In this document: positions 35,468-44,843 of the stretch, in pieces
Layout of the letters: every line of letters begins with the position of its first letter
How positions within the stretch are numbered: position 1 is the first letter of the stretch
From: an uncultured Gemmatimonadales bacterium
Lineage (GTDB): Bacteria; Gemmatimonadota; Gemmatimonadetes; Gemmatimonadales; GWC2-71-9
Direction: 5' to 3'
DNA: 64,000 bases
Assembly (NCBI GenBank): GCA_963846545.1
Contig: CAWJWG010000001.1
Coordinates: 2,890,055 to 2,954,054, forward strand
Notes under the pieces: generated by a model
Databases searched by the model: none
Told to the model about the DNA's origin: nothing
The model's input: the letters and a program-made list of their open reading frames with translations, nothing else
Made by a program: the position numbers and the translations under genes

Positions 35468-36195
35468 CCCGCCGCCCGCGCCCGACGCAGCAGCTCGCGC
35501 ACGTAGGGCGTCGCTGGCGCCGAGCGAAGCTCGTCCGGCGGAGCCACCTGCTCGAGGCGGCCGGCGCGCAGGACGCCGACCCGGTCGGCGAGCAGGAATG
35601 CCTCCGACAGGTCGTGGGTGACGAGGACGGCGGTGAGCTGGAGATCCCGGCGCAGCCCGAGGAAGGATGTCTGGAGATCGGCGCGGGTGATGGCGTCGAG
35701 CGCTCCGAACGGCTCGTCGAGCAGCACGACCGCCGGCCGCGCCGCGAGCGCCCGCGCCACGGCCGCCCGCTGCCGCTGCCCACCCGACAGCTCGCGCGGC
35801 CACCGCGCGCCAAAGCGCGCGGGGTCGAGTCCCACCAGCTCCAGTGCCCGGTCGGCGCGCTCGTCCGCGCCCGCATCACCCCGGAGCCAGGGAACCAACC
35901 CCACGTTCCGGCGCACCCGCCAGTGCGGCAGGAGACCGCCGTCCTGAGGGACGTAACCCGTGCGGCGCCGGAGGTCGTAGGGGTCCTGCGTGGAGACGTC
36001 GCTGCCCTCCACCAGCACGCGCCCCGAGTCCGGCTCGGTGAGCCGATTGAAGCACCTGAGCAGCGTGGTCTTGCCCGAGCCGCTCTCCCCGATCAGCGCG
36101 ACGCACTCGCCACGCGACACCTCGAGCGAGACGGCGTCGAGCGCGACCACATCGCCGTAGCGCTTGGACACCCCTTCGGCGCGGAGCGCGCTCAC
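35464..36195 (-). CDS. ABC transporter ATP-binding protein
   Basis: ORF track, 243 aa. Walker A GESGSGKTT, signature LSGGQRQR, and Walker B VVLLDEP. Confidence 0.9.
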   Translation of the reverse strand: MSALRAEGVSKRYGDVVALDAVSLEVSRGECVALIGESGSGKTTLLRCFNRLTEPDSGRVLVEGSDVSTQDPYDLRRRTGYVPQDGGLLPHWRVRRNVGLVPWLRGDAGADERADRALELVGLDPARFGARWPRELSGGQRQRAAVARALAARPAVVLLDEPFGALDAITRADLQTSFLGLRRDLQLTAVLVTHDLSEAFLLADRVGVLRAGRLEQVAPPDELRSAPATPYVRELLRRARAAG

Positions 36196-36534
36196 CCGCG
36201 CCTCGCGCCGAAGGATCGTTCACGCCCGCCAGGGGTCGTGCCAGCCGCCGGGAATACGTTCACCTCGTGCAATCTACGAGAGCGGGGGGAGGCCGCGGTG
36301 GAATCGGTTCTCAGCGCCGCCGCCGCCGGCCCTCCAGGGGAATGACCGTGCCGCGCGATCGCCCCGCCTTGGCCCAGGTGTAAACCCATCGAATGACAAC
36401 GGTTCAGACCGGTGGTGCCGCGCGTCGCTCTCGCGATCGACCGATCTCCTTCGCGTGCAGAAAGATGCATCCGGTTCGAGCATGAATTTGGCATGGATGT
36501 GCGCTACCCCTACGCATGCCCAGAGGTCGCGTTC

Positions 36535-37947
36535 ATGTATCGGATCGAGGTCGCGCCAGGCGAGGAAACCGTCTTCCGCACGATCGAGGAGCTCGCGATC
36601 GGCATCCGGAACGGTGTCATCACTCCTCGTGCCCGGATCTATCACAACGCTTCGCAGAAGTGGCTGCCCATCGGGCTGCATCCGCATTACAAGAAGGCCC
36701 TGGACCTGCCTGCCGCGAACGCCAGCCCGGCGCCGGTGACCGCCACGACCCCGATGCCTTCGACCACGCGGCCCAAGTCGCACGTCCCGTCACAGCCCTC
36801 GACGCCGGTGTTCGACGCGCCCCGGCCGCAGCCCGCTTCGCCGGTGGCTCGGGCCCCTGAGCCCAGGCACGCCCCCGCGCCGAAGCCTGTTGCCGAGCCG
36901 AATCCTTTTGCCGAGCCGAAGCCGGCGCCCAAGGCGAGCGCCGCGCCGTCGATTCGCCCGCCGGTGCAGTCGGCGGTGATCGCGATGCAGAACGAAGTGT
37001 TTCGCGACCTGCCGATGCTGCACATCCCGGAGCCCGAGCCCCTTCCCTGGCAGACGCCGCCGCGGCAGACGCCGCCGCGCGCGGCCGCCGCACCAGGCGC
37101 GACCCAGGCACCGACCCACGCCTCGGTCGAAGCTCCCCCGAAGGCGCCTTCGGCGCCCTCTGCGGCCTACGCGCCGCCGGCCGAAAGCCGCCCCCAGGAG
37201 CGGCGGACGTTCGAGCCCGAATGGGTCGATACCCCCGCCGGGCGCAGGATCATTGCGCCCCGCGCGACGGAGCGTCCCGCCGTTCGCGCTGTCGCGCCGG
37301 AGCGCCCCAAGGCGGTGCCCGCAGCCTACGTGCCTCTGGAGTACACCGGTCCGGTCGATGAGGCCGGATCCCCCGCCACCGAGGACGGGCACGCGCCCCG
37401 CCCTACCGCTCGTCGGTCGCGTCGAGTCGGAGGTCGGCCCGTGATGCTGCTCGGTGTAGCGGCGGCGCTGGTCGTCGGCACCCATCTCGTCCTCACCGCC
37501 ACCCCGTGGGCATCCGCCGGTGCCGGAGCGGCGCAGACCGCCGAAGAGCCCTCCGCCGCGCCGGCGGCCGCGGGCGCGCTGGAGGGAGGGTCCACCGTGA
37601 TGCCCGCGGAGGACGCACCCTCGCCCGAGGCGCGAGTCACCACCTCCCCGGCCCGCGTGCGGATGACGCCCGGCCCCGCCTTCAGCGGCTCGGCCCCGCT
37701 TCGTCCCGGCGCCGACACGCTCGCCGCGGTGACCACACCCAGGACGGCATCGGTCGCGCCGGCACCCGCGCCGGCCCCCGCCGACGCCGGACTCGCCCCC
37801 GCGCCGATCGAGATGGACCTGACCCTGCCCGACCTGCCGCCCGACTCCGTCGTCCCCACGGCGCGGACCAGCGACACGCTCGGCATGAAGAAGATCCTTC
37901 GCGCCTTGAACGGGGCCAAACCGGTAGAGGCTTCCACACCGCAATAG
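36535..37947 (+). CDS. GYF_2(DUF4339)-like N-terminal domain protein with long Pro/Ala-rich region and one TM segment
   Basis: ORF 36412..37947 trimmed to ATG 36535. MYRIEVAPGEETVFRTIEELAIGIRNGVITPRARIYHNASQKWLPIG resembles GYF_2. TM segment PVMLLGVAAALVVGTHLVL. The rest is low complexity, so the extent is uncertain. Confidence 0.5.
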   Translation: MYRIEVAPGEETVFRTIEELAIGIRNGVITPRARIYHNASQKWLPIGLHPHYKKALDLPAANASPAPVTATTPMPSTTRPKSHVPSQPSTPVFDAPRPQPASPVARAPEPRHAPAPKPVAEPNPFAEPKPAPKASAAPSIRPPVQSAVIAMQNEVFRDLPMLHIPEPEPLPWQTPPRQTPPRAAAAPGATQAPTHASVEAPPKAPSAPSAAYAPPAESRPQERRTFEPEWVDTPAGRRIIAPRATERPAVRAVAPERPKAVPAAYVPLEYTGPVDEAGSPATEDGHAPRPTARRSRRVGGRPVMLLGVAAALVVGTHLVLTATPWASAGAGAAQTAEEPSAAPAAAGALEGGSTVMPAEDAPSPEARVTTSPARVRMTPGPAFSGSAPLRPGADTLAAVTTPRTASVAPAPAPAPADAGLAPAPIEMDLTLPDLPPDSVVPTARTSDTLGMKKILRALNGAKPVEASTPQ

Positions 37948-38099
37948 GCCAGTGACTCGCAGTAGCGCGCAGATGGGGGAGCCGGGCCGCACCGTTCCCC
38001 ACCAGTGCCGTGTGACTCGTCCCACAGCGACCATCCCGCCCGCAGGCCAACTTCCAAAATCATAGGTGGTTTCGTAGTGTGCCGGCTTGGGAGGACGAG

Positions 38100-38222
38100 A
38101 TGGCGAGAGCGATCTGGAGTGGCTCGATCGGCTTCGGGCTGGTCAGCCCGGTGAAGCTGGTCTGCGCGACCAAACTCCGGGCGCGCCCGGCTGCTCGCCG
38201 CGTCACGCGCAAGGCGAGCTGA
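38100..38222 (+). pseudogene. ku: Ku (NHEJ) remnant, only ~25 N-terminal codons recognisable
   Basis: My translation from ATG 38100 is MARAIWSGSIGFGLVSPVKLVCATKLRARPAARRVTRKAS*. The first ~25 aa match the conserved Ku N-terminus (AIW.G.I.FGLV..PVKLY.AT). The ORF then stops at 38220-38222, just upstream of the LigD polymerase-domain gene. Confidence 0.5.
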
Positions 38223-38232
38223 GCGGCCGAGC

Positions 38233-39339
38233 GTGGCGCGCACCGCGGCACCCAAGCCGGCGATCCCGACTCCCGAGACGGTGCGCGCCACCCTCGCGCA
38301 GCTCGACGCAGCGAAGAGCCGTGGCACGCTGCAGGTGGACGGTCACGAGGTCGCGGTCACCAACCTGGACAAGCCGCTCTGGCCCGGGGCCGCTCGGCGG
38401 AAGCCGATCACCAAGCGGATGCTGCTCCAATACCTGGCGCGGGTCTCGCCCTGGATGCTCCCGCACCTGGCCGACCGCCCGTTGTTCGTCACCCGATTCC
38501 CCAACGGCATCGACGGCAAGAGCTTCTACCAGAAGCACTGGGACGATCCGCCGCCGTTCGCGCGGACGGTGGGGATCTATTCCAGCCAAGGCGACGCCGA
38601 CGGCGACTACCTCATCTGCGAAAATCTCCCGACCCTCCTCTGGCTCGGCCAGATGGGAAGTCTCGAGCTGCACGCGTGGTACTCGCGCACCAATCCTTCG
38701 CCCGACGCCACCGAGCGGGGCCGGCGATTCACCGGGTCCGAGGAGGCGCTCGACGAGTCGGTGCTCAACTACCCCGACTTCGTAGTGTTCGACCTCGACC
38801 CGTACGACTACTCGGGGCGCGAGTCGCGCGGCGCGGAGCCGGAGCTGCATCGTCGCGCGTTCAACCGCACCCGAAAGCTCGCGTTCCAGGTGCGGGAGAT
38901 GCTGGATCGACTCGGGCTTTCGACCTGGGTGAAGACCTCCGGGCGAACCGGTCTCCACCTCTATCTCCCGATCGTTCGCGAGCTGAACTTCGACGCCGCC
39001 CGAGACTTCGCGGGGACCATCGCGCGGTACGCGCTCAAGGAGCGGCCGAAGGATGTGACGGTGGAGTGGTCGGTGGAGCGGCGTCGGGGCAAGATCTTCT
39101 TCGACTACAACCAGAACAGCCGAGGCAAGTCGCTGGCGGTGCCCTTCTCCCCGCGACGCCACCCCGAGGGCACCGTCTCCATGCCGGTGAGCTGGGAGGA
39201 GCTGGACTCGATCTATCCCACCCGGTTCACGGTGCGCACCGCGCCGGACCGGCTCGAGGCCGGTGGCGATCCCTGGGCCGGCATCCTCGAGGCGAAGCAG
39301 GATCTCGGCGGCATTCTCGGCGTGGGCGGCGTCGCGTGA
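38233..39339 (+). CDS. Stand-alone LigD polymerase/primase (AEP) domain protein
   Basis: ORF track, 368 aa. VTNLDKPLWP, FVTRFPNGI.GKSFYQKH, FVVFDLDP, KTSGRTGLHLYLPI and IFFDYNQNSRGKS are typical LigD-Pol motifs. No ligase or phosphoesterase domain is attached. Confidence 0.85.
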   Translation: MARTAAPKPAIPTPETVRATLAQLDAAKSRGTLQVDGHEVAVTNLDKPLWPGAARRKPITKRMLLQYLARVSPWMLPHLADRPLFVTRFPNGIDGKSFYQKHWDDPPPFARTVGIYSSQGDADGDYLICENLPTLLWLGQMGSLELHAWYSRTNPSPDATERGRRFTGSEEALDESVLNYPDFVVFDLDPYDYSGRESRGAEPELHRRAFNRTRKLAFQVREMLDRLGLSTWVKTSGRTGLHLYLPIVRELNFDAARDFAGTIARYALKERPKDVTVEWSVERRRGKIFFDYNQNSRGKSLAVPFSPRRHPEGTVSMPVSWEELDSIYPTRFTVRTAPDRLEAGGDPWAGILEAKQDLGGILGVGGVA

Positions 39340-39346
39340 GCTGACC

Positions 39347-39940
39347 TCACTCGATCTCCACCGTCCACGCGTAGTTCTCCAGCCGCTCCACCCGCCGGCC
39401 CTGGCCCGCCCCGGGCACCGCGAATTCGGCGCCGTGCGTGACCGAGAGATACATCGCCTCGATCGAGCGCTTGAAGTCGCTCGGGCAGGCGCCGCGCACC
39501 GACGCGCCATGCGACGGGGATGGCCGCCACACGACCCGCAGCGCACTCCCGCTGGGACTCCCTTCGTCGGAGACCACGACGCCGGTCATGAGCACCCGGC
39601 CGTCTCCTTCGAGCGTGAGCTCGCACGCCTGGCCGTCGGTGCCGTGCGCGCCGCAGAAGAGGAGCAGCGTCCGGCGCTCGAAGTTCCCCCGGTAGCTGCC
39701 GTCGCCGGTGAGGCTCAGCACGCCTTCGACCATCTCGTCGCCCCCGTTCCGACACCCCTCGTTCGAAGCCGGCTCCTGGGGCCATGCGCTCCTCAGGCGA
39801 ACATGGTAGGCCGCGGCCAGGCTCGCCGGTGGCCGGTGCACCAACGCCTCGCTGTAGGCGATCGCCTGCGCCGAAGCCGGAGCGGCGGTAAGAGTCGTGA
39901 GGGCCAGTCCCAAGAGCCAATGTGTCCGTCGCGTCGACAT
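39347..39940 (-). CDS. Secreted hypothetical protein (4 Cys)
   Basis: ORF 39347..40063 trimmed to ATG 39938-39940. Signal peptide MSTRRTHWLLGLALTTLTAAPASAQA. Confidence 0.55.
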   Translation of the reverse strand: MSTRRTHWLLGLALTTLTAAPASAQAIAYSEALVHRPPASLAAAYHVRLRSAWPQEPASNEGCRNGGDEMVEGVLSLTGDGSYRGNFERRTLLLFCGAHGTDGQACELTLEGDGRVLMTGVVVSDEGSPSGSALRVVWRPSPSHGASVRGACPSDFKRSIEAMYLSVTHGAEFAVPGAGQGRRVERLENYAWTVEIE

Positions 39941-40068
39941 GCCTGCTCCCATCGAGTGTGCGGTTCCGCCTCCGACCCCTGCCGGAGCGCGGGTGCAGGA
40001 TGACGCCGATCGGCGTCGATCCGGCCAGGCACACGTCGCGTCTCGGTAACGCGTGCCGCCCATCCCAA

Positions 40069-40086
40069 AGACAAGAGCCGTGCCTC
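40069..40086 (-). promoter_or_regulatory. Candidate sigma-54 (-24/-12) promoter upstream of 39347..39940
   Basis: Minus strand AGGCACG-GCTC-TTGTC versus consensus TGGCACG-N4-TTGCW. The -24 element is good, while the -12 element is GT instead of GC. It is ~130 nt upstream of the ATG and next to the enhancer-binding-protein gene. Confidence 0.3.
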
Positions 40087-40207
40087 CGGGATCCGGGGAG
40101 CGACGCGACGGCGAGTCTGTGGTGGAGAGTGTTGCACTGGAGGGAGTTGGCGCCCGGCCCGACCCCGCCTGCCCGGAGGCGTGGGGGTCGGCGGGCCGAC
40201 AATTATG

Positions 40208-41812
40208 TCAGTCGCGGAAGCGGCGAGGGTCGATCGCGTAGCCGCGGATCTTGTAGTTGATGATCCGCTCCGTGGTGTTGAGCAGGCGCGCGGCGCGGGC
40301 CCGGTTGCCGCGGCTGGACTTGAGGGCGTCCTGGATGAGGTTGCTCTCGAAGGCCGCGACGGCCTCGCCCAGCGAGCCGGACACCACCGTGCCCGACGCC
40401 TCGGCGGTCTGCAGGGTGGGCGAGAGATGGTGGCCGTGGATGACGTCGCCGTCGGCCACCAGCACCGCGCGCTCCAGCGTGTTCTCCAGCTCGCGGACGT
40501 TGCCGGGCCAGTGATAGCTGACCAGCATGTCGATGGCGGGAGTCGAGATGCGCTTGATGCTGCGGCTGTGCAGCCGGGCGTACTTCTCGACGAAGTGATC
40601 GGCCATGAGCAGGATGTCGGACTTCCGCTCGCGCAACGGCGGCACGCAGATCGCGAAGACGTTCAATCGGTAGTAGAGGTCTTCCCGGAAGCTGCCTTCC
40701 CGCTGGGCGAGCTCGAGATCCTTGCTGGTGGCGGTGATCAGCCGCACGTCCACCCGGATCGTCTCGCTGCCACCCAGCCGCTCGAACTCGCGCTCCTGGA
40801 TGACGCGGAGGAGCTTGGCCTGGGTGGACGGGCTCAGCTCACCGATCTCGTCCAGGAACAGTGTCCCGCCGTCGGCCAGCTCGAAGCGACCCTTCCGCCG
40901 CGCCTGCGCCCCGGTGAAGGCACCGCGCTCGTACCCGAAGAGCTCCGACTCGACCAGGGTCTCGGGCAGCGCGGCGCAGTTCACCCGCACGAACGGCTTG
41001 CCCGCCCGCGGCGAGTGGTGATGCAGCGCGTGGGCGATGAGCTCCTTGCCGGTGCCCGATTCGCCCCGGATCAACACGGTGGCCGAGGTCCCCACGACCT
41101 GATGTACCTGTTCGAACACCCGGCGCATCGGGCCGCTGTTGCCGATGATGTGGGTGAACTCGTAGCGCTCGCGCAGCTCCTCCCGGAGCTGCGTGTTCTC
41201 CTCGACGAGCTGCCGGCGCTCCACGTCGATCAGCCGCTGGATGCGCAGCGCCTGGGCGATCATCCCGCCGGTGATCCGGAGCGCGTTCAGCGTGCGCTCT
41301 CCGTCCCGGGCGGCGAGGAAGCGCTGCTCGATGCCCAGCGTGCCGGCCGTCGCGCCGTCTAGGGTGATGGGCACGCAGGTGAAACTGATCTCCTCCTCCC
41401 GCTGGGTCCGGCCCGCCGCGCGGTGGAGGAAGCGGGGCTCGCGGCTCACCCGCGGCACCACCGCCGGTGTGCCCGACTCCGCCACCATACCGGTGACGCC
41501 CTCACCCAGCCGGTAGCGCACCCGCCCCGACGGGCGTGGGTAGCCGAGCGCCGCCTCCACCACGAGCAAGCCGCTCCCCTCTTCCAGCAGCGTGATCGCG
41601 CCGCGCACCGCGCCGCAGCGTCGCTGGAGCACCTCGAGCACCCCGTAGAGGCCGGCCTGCAAGTTGAGCGTGCCGGTCAGGGCCTGACTCACCTCGACCA
41701 GCATCGTGAGCTTGCGCGCGTCCTCTCCGTCCTCGACCCGCCGGGCCGCGGAGGCGGGCTCGCCGCCCCGACCGACCCGCTCCGGCGCGCGGGACGGCCC
41801 GCCATCGGGCAT
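40208..41812 (-). CDS. Sigma-54-dependent transcriptional activator (GAF sensor + AAA+ + Fis-type HTH; NifA/FhlA-like)
   Basis: ORF 40208..41983 trimmed to ATG 41810-41812. GAF-like N-terminal domain, Walker A GESGTGKE, GAFTGA loop (ERGAFTGA), and C-terminal HTH (GNRARAARLLNTTERIINYKIR). Confidence 0.85.
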   Translation of the reverse strand: MPDGGPSRAPERVGRGGEPASAARRVEDGEDARKLTMLVEVSQALTGTLNLQAGLYGVLEVLQRRCGAVRGAITLLEEGSGLLVVEAALGYPRPSGRVRYRLGEGVTGMVAESGTPAVVPRVSREPRFLHRAAGRTQREEEISFTCVPITLDGATAGTLGIEQRFLAARDGERTLNALRITGGMIAQALRIQRLIDVERRQLVEENTQLREELRERYEFTHIIGNSGPMRRVFEQVHQVVGTSATVLIRGESGTGKELIAHALHHHSPRAGKPFVRVNCAALPETLVESELFGYERGAFTGAQARRKGRFELADGGTLFLDEIGELSPSTQAKLLRVIQEREFERLGGSETIRVDVRLITATSKDLELAQREGSFREDLYYRLNVFAICVPPLRERKSDILLMADHFVEKYARLHSRSIKRISTPAIDMLVSYHWPGNVRELENTLERAVLVADGDVIHGHHLSPTLQTAEASGTVVSGSLGEAVAAFESNLIQDALKSSRGNRARAARLLNTTERIINYKIRGYAIDPRRFRD

Positions 41813-41875
41813 GAGGGACGGGATGTTGAAGACGATCTTGCGGGGGGCGCTCACGAATCCATCCGGATATCCATG

Positions 41876-41890
41876 AGCCAAGTGTAAGCC
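41876..41890 (-). promoter_or_regulatory. Candidate sigma-54 promoter upstream of the activator gene itself
   Basis: Minus strand TGGCTT-ACACT-TGGC, with GG and GC at the canonical 10-nt spacing. It sits in the AT-rich 270-nt intergenic region, ~60 nt upstream of ATG 41812. Confidence 0.25.
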
Positions 41891-42083
41891 AATGGATGCA
41901 GAAAATGCAATTCTATCGGCTGGAATTGCCGTTAAGTAGCGTAAATACGGCATATTTGAAGTGATGACCGGCAGAAAACGCATGATATGCTTGACAGCAG
42001 TGGAACCAGATCCTACCTTCGGATCGCCTCGCGGGGTGCTACCGGCCTCCGCGGGCTGGCTGGGGCGCAGGACGCAAGCAGAC

Positions 42084-44468
42084 TCACGACAAGCCTCGCC
42101 ACGACAGCCTTCGTCGCAGGGCCACCGGGTCGATCACACCGAAGAGCCCCGCCAATAGCCCCAACCCCAGCGCGAGTGGCGAGACCCCCAGGCCCGGTAT
42201 CGCCGCCGTCACCAATTCGCCCGCGCACCACAACACCCCGATCCCACCAGCCACCCCCACTCCCAGACCGCGCCATGCCGCGCGACCGGAAACAGCCACC
42301 AGGGTCATCATCGCGAGCAGCGTCGCCGCCAGGGCGAGCAGGCCGAGCAGGCCGCGGCCGACACGATAGGGCGCGGCCGACGCGCGGATGGCGGCGTTCA
42401 CATCGATCGGATCTCCGAACGTCCCGCTCGGCGCGGCGCGATCGCGGCGGAGGGCCGCGACGATGTCAGCCGGCGGGAGTTCGCCGCGCACGACCAGCGC
42501 GGACAAGGGCTCCGCGCCGGGACGTGGGGGCAGGTAGACCGCGGCCACCGGCCTCGCGCCCTGGGGGAGACGACGCCCGTCATCCACTACACCTACGATC
42601 GTCAGCCAGGGTGATGGGCTGCTGGCCAGCTGGACGATGACCCGCTGGCCCACGGCGCCGCCCCGTGGCCAGAACCGGGCGGCCAGCTCCCGGTTCACCA
42701 CCACCTCGTCTTTCGCCGCAGCACCCGGGCTCGTTGAAGCGAGGAGGTCGCGCCCGGCGAGAAGCCTGAGGCCGACGACATGGAAGTAGCCTCTCGTGAC
42801 CGTGACAATCTCGACGCCGGGTGCTGGATTCGCGGAGCTTGGACCGCTCTCGGTCTCCAGTGTCACGCGGCGCGTGTTCCCGATGCCTGGGATGCTGCTG
42901 GTAAGCGCGGCGGTCCGCACGCCGCGGATCTCGTGCACCCGTGGGAGGATGCTCTGGTCCAGTGCGCGACCTCGAGTGGACAGCGCCACCAGTCCATCGG
43001 CCACGTCCACCGGTTGCAGGCGCAAGGCGTACACCCTGCCAAGCGCCGCCGCCACGGTGACCACCAGAACGGCACAGGCCACCGATGCGGCCACGGTCCC
43101 CGGGCTCCGCCCCGCTCGCCGTCCGATCACCGTCAGTCCAGCGGCCGCGATCGCGGCAGCGCCGAGAAAGACGACAGTCTCCAGGGTGGTCCCGCCGGAT
43201 TCGAGCGCCACTCCGGCCCCGATCGACCGGGTCATCCACAGGTGCCCGACTGCCAACACCACGCATCCGACGGCGGCAGCGCCGCCCACGAGGACGGCGC
43301 CGCCGAGTATTCGCTCGAGGCCCACCCCCGAGGGACGTGAGAGCATGCCGACACCGATTCCCGAACCCACCACCAGCGCGGCAGCTCCGACGAAGAGTAG
43401 GACGACGAGGGGCAGCTGTTCGGAGGGTACCCCCCGATTGGCCACGACTTCGATGCTCCATGGCACGCCGTAGGCGGCGAAATACCCCTCGGGGTGGGCC
43501 GCCTGCATCTCCAGGGTCAAGCGGCGCAGCTCATCCTCGGCTGCCCCGGCGTCGACACCGGCACGCAATCGTCCGATGAGGGCTACGGAGCGGTCGCCGA
43601 CGTGTGGGCCGAGCGCGTCCAGGTGGAGCGGTACCCAGACCTTCGTGTCGGGGTCGGGGTACGCGAATCCCGCGGGGAGCACGCCGACTACGGCGTGCGG
43701 CACTCCGTCGAGTGTGACGACGCGGGGGTACGCGCCCGTCCGCGCTGGACCCGCCCACAGATCCTCCCGCACCACGGCCACCGGCCGGTCCGGCTCGGGT
43801 CCGCCGAACCAGCCGGTCGGCTCCCGCTCCTCGATGCCGACGGCGCGGAACCAGTCGGGCGTGACGCGGGCCGCGGCCACGTCGCGGGAGGTGCCCGCGG
43901 AGGTCATCCGGATGGGGGAGCGCCGGAAGGCCGCGAGGACCTCGAGGCTCCGCGACTGCTGGCGCAGGTACGCCAGCTCGAAGCGCGAAAAGCCGGTCCG
44001 GTCGATGTCGGCGGCCGGGGCGGTGTTGAAGAGGCGGACCGTGCGGGGGCCTCCCGGGAACGGGGCCGGCTGCGCCCGCCACCGCTCGGCAGCGCCGAAC
44101 GCGAGCGCCGCCACGCCGAGGGCCAGTCCCGCCCCGGCGATCGCCGTGGCATGCCGCAGCGGCGCCCCCCGGAGGCTTCGGGCGGCACCGAGCAACGCGG
44201 CGCCGAAGCCGGGGCGGCAGAACTCCCGGCCGAGCACCCAGAGCGCGTGCCGGTATGCACCGGCGCACCGGCGCAGCAGCCGCCACTGCTGCAGGAGCCC
44301 GAGGTCGTTCCGGTCGCGGAGCGCCAGGAGGTGGTACCAGACCTCGGCCTCCCACTCCTCGCGCCATTCGTCGCGGCGGTACTCGGGCACCAGCCACGCG
44401 GCACTCCGAATGACCAGCAGCGCCAGCCGAAAGCCCGGCGCGGGCGCCGGATGCCAGGCCGTCGTCAT
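42084..44468 (-). CDS. ADOP-family ABC transporter permease (duplicated FtsX/MacB-like domains)
   Basis: ORF 42084..44798 trimmed to ATG 44466-44468 (ATGA overlap with the PadR stop). N-terminal RRDEWREEWEAEVWYHL motif, two blocks of 4 TM helices, and large periplasmic domains. Confidence 0.8.
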   Translation of the reverse strand: MTTAWHPAPAPGFRLALLVIRSAAWLVPEYRRDEWREEWEAEVWYHLLALRDRNDLGLLQQWRLLRRCAGAYRHALWVLGREFCRPGFGAALLGAARSLRGAPLRHATAIAGAGLALGVAALAFGAAERWRAQPAPFPGGPRTVRLFNTAPAADIDRTGFSRFELAYLRQQSRSLEVLAAFRRSPIRMTSAGTSRDVAAARVTPDWFRAVGIEEREPTGWFGGPEPDRPVAVVREDLWAGPARTGAYPRVVTLDGVPHAVVGVLPAGFAYPDPDTKVWVPLHLDALGPHVGDRSVALIGRLRAGVDAGAAEDELRRLTLEMQAAHPEGYFAAYGVPWSIEVVANRGVPSEQLPLVVLLFVGAAALVVGSGIGVGMLSRPSGVGLERILGGAVLVGGAAAVGCVVLAVGHLWMTRSIGAGVALESGGTTLETVVFLGAAAIAAAGLTVIGRRAGRSPGTVAASVACAVLVVTVAAALGRVYALRLQPVDVADGLVALSTRGRALDQSILPRVHEIRGVRTAALTSSIPGIGNTRRVTLETESGPSSANPAPGVEIVTVTRGYFHVVGLRLLAGRDLLASTSPGAAAKDEVVVNRELAARFWPRGGAVGQRVIVQLASSPSPWLTIVGVVDDGRRLPQGARPVAAVYLPPRPGAEPLSALVVRGELPPADIVAALRRDRAAPSGTFGDPIDVNAAIRASAAPYRVGRGLLGLLALAATLLAMMTLVAVSGRAAWRGLGVGVAGGIGVLWCAGELVTAAIPGLGVSPLALGLGLLAGLFGVIDPVALRRRLSWRGLS

Positions 44469-44788
44469 CCGGCAACCGGCGAGGGCTCGCCCGGCGGTCG
44501 CTTGCGGCGGGTGAGCGCGGTCATACGGCGCATCGCCTCGTTGAGCGCGGTGGCGCCGGGCGCGGTGATGGTGTAGTAGCGGCGAGGCGGGCGCTTCTCC
44601 CGGCGCGCGATCTTCGGGTCTTCCCACGCAGAGCGCACAAGGCCCTGCTCGGCGAGCTTGCCCAGAACGGGATAGACCGTCCCGCTGGGCAAGTCGGTCG
44701 CGTCCATGATGTCGAACCCGTGCCGGTACCCGCCGGCAACGGCCTGCAGCACGAGAAGGGTGGACGAGCCGAATCCGCGACGGGGCAT
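44465..44788 (-). CDS. PadR-family transcriptional regulator
   Basis: ORF track, 107 aa. LLVLQAVAGGYRHGFDIMDAT...GTVYPVLGKLAEQGLV...YYTITAPG is a winged-helix PadR signature. Confidence 0.9.
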   Translation of the reverse strand: MPRRGFGSSTLLVLQAVAGGYRHGFDIMDATDLPSGTVYPVLGKLAEQGLVRSAWEDPKIARREKRPPRRYYTITAPGATALNEAMRRMTALTRRKRPPGEPSPVAG

Positions 44789-44843
44789 ATGTAGACAACG
44801 TATGTATGTACCCGCCTACCCGCCAGACGGGGTCTTCGGCGCG

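Noticed and set aside
41991-42019. Plus-strand sigma-70-like promoter TTGACA-N17-TACCTT in the AT-rich spacer
   Set aside because: No plus-strand gene follows, so it would only drive antisense transcription into the 3' end of the ADOP permease gene. It may be fortuitous in AT-rich DNA, and an antisense RNA cannot be excluded without transcript data.
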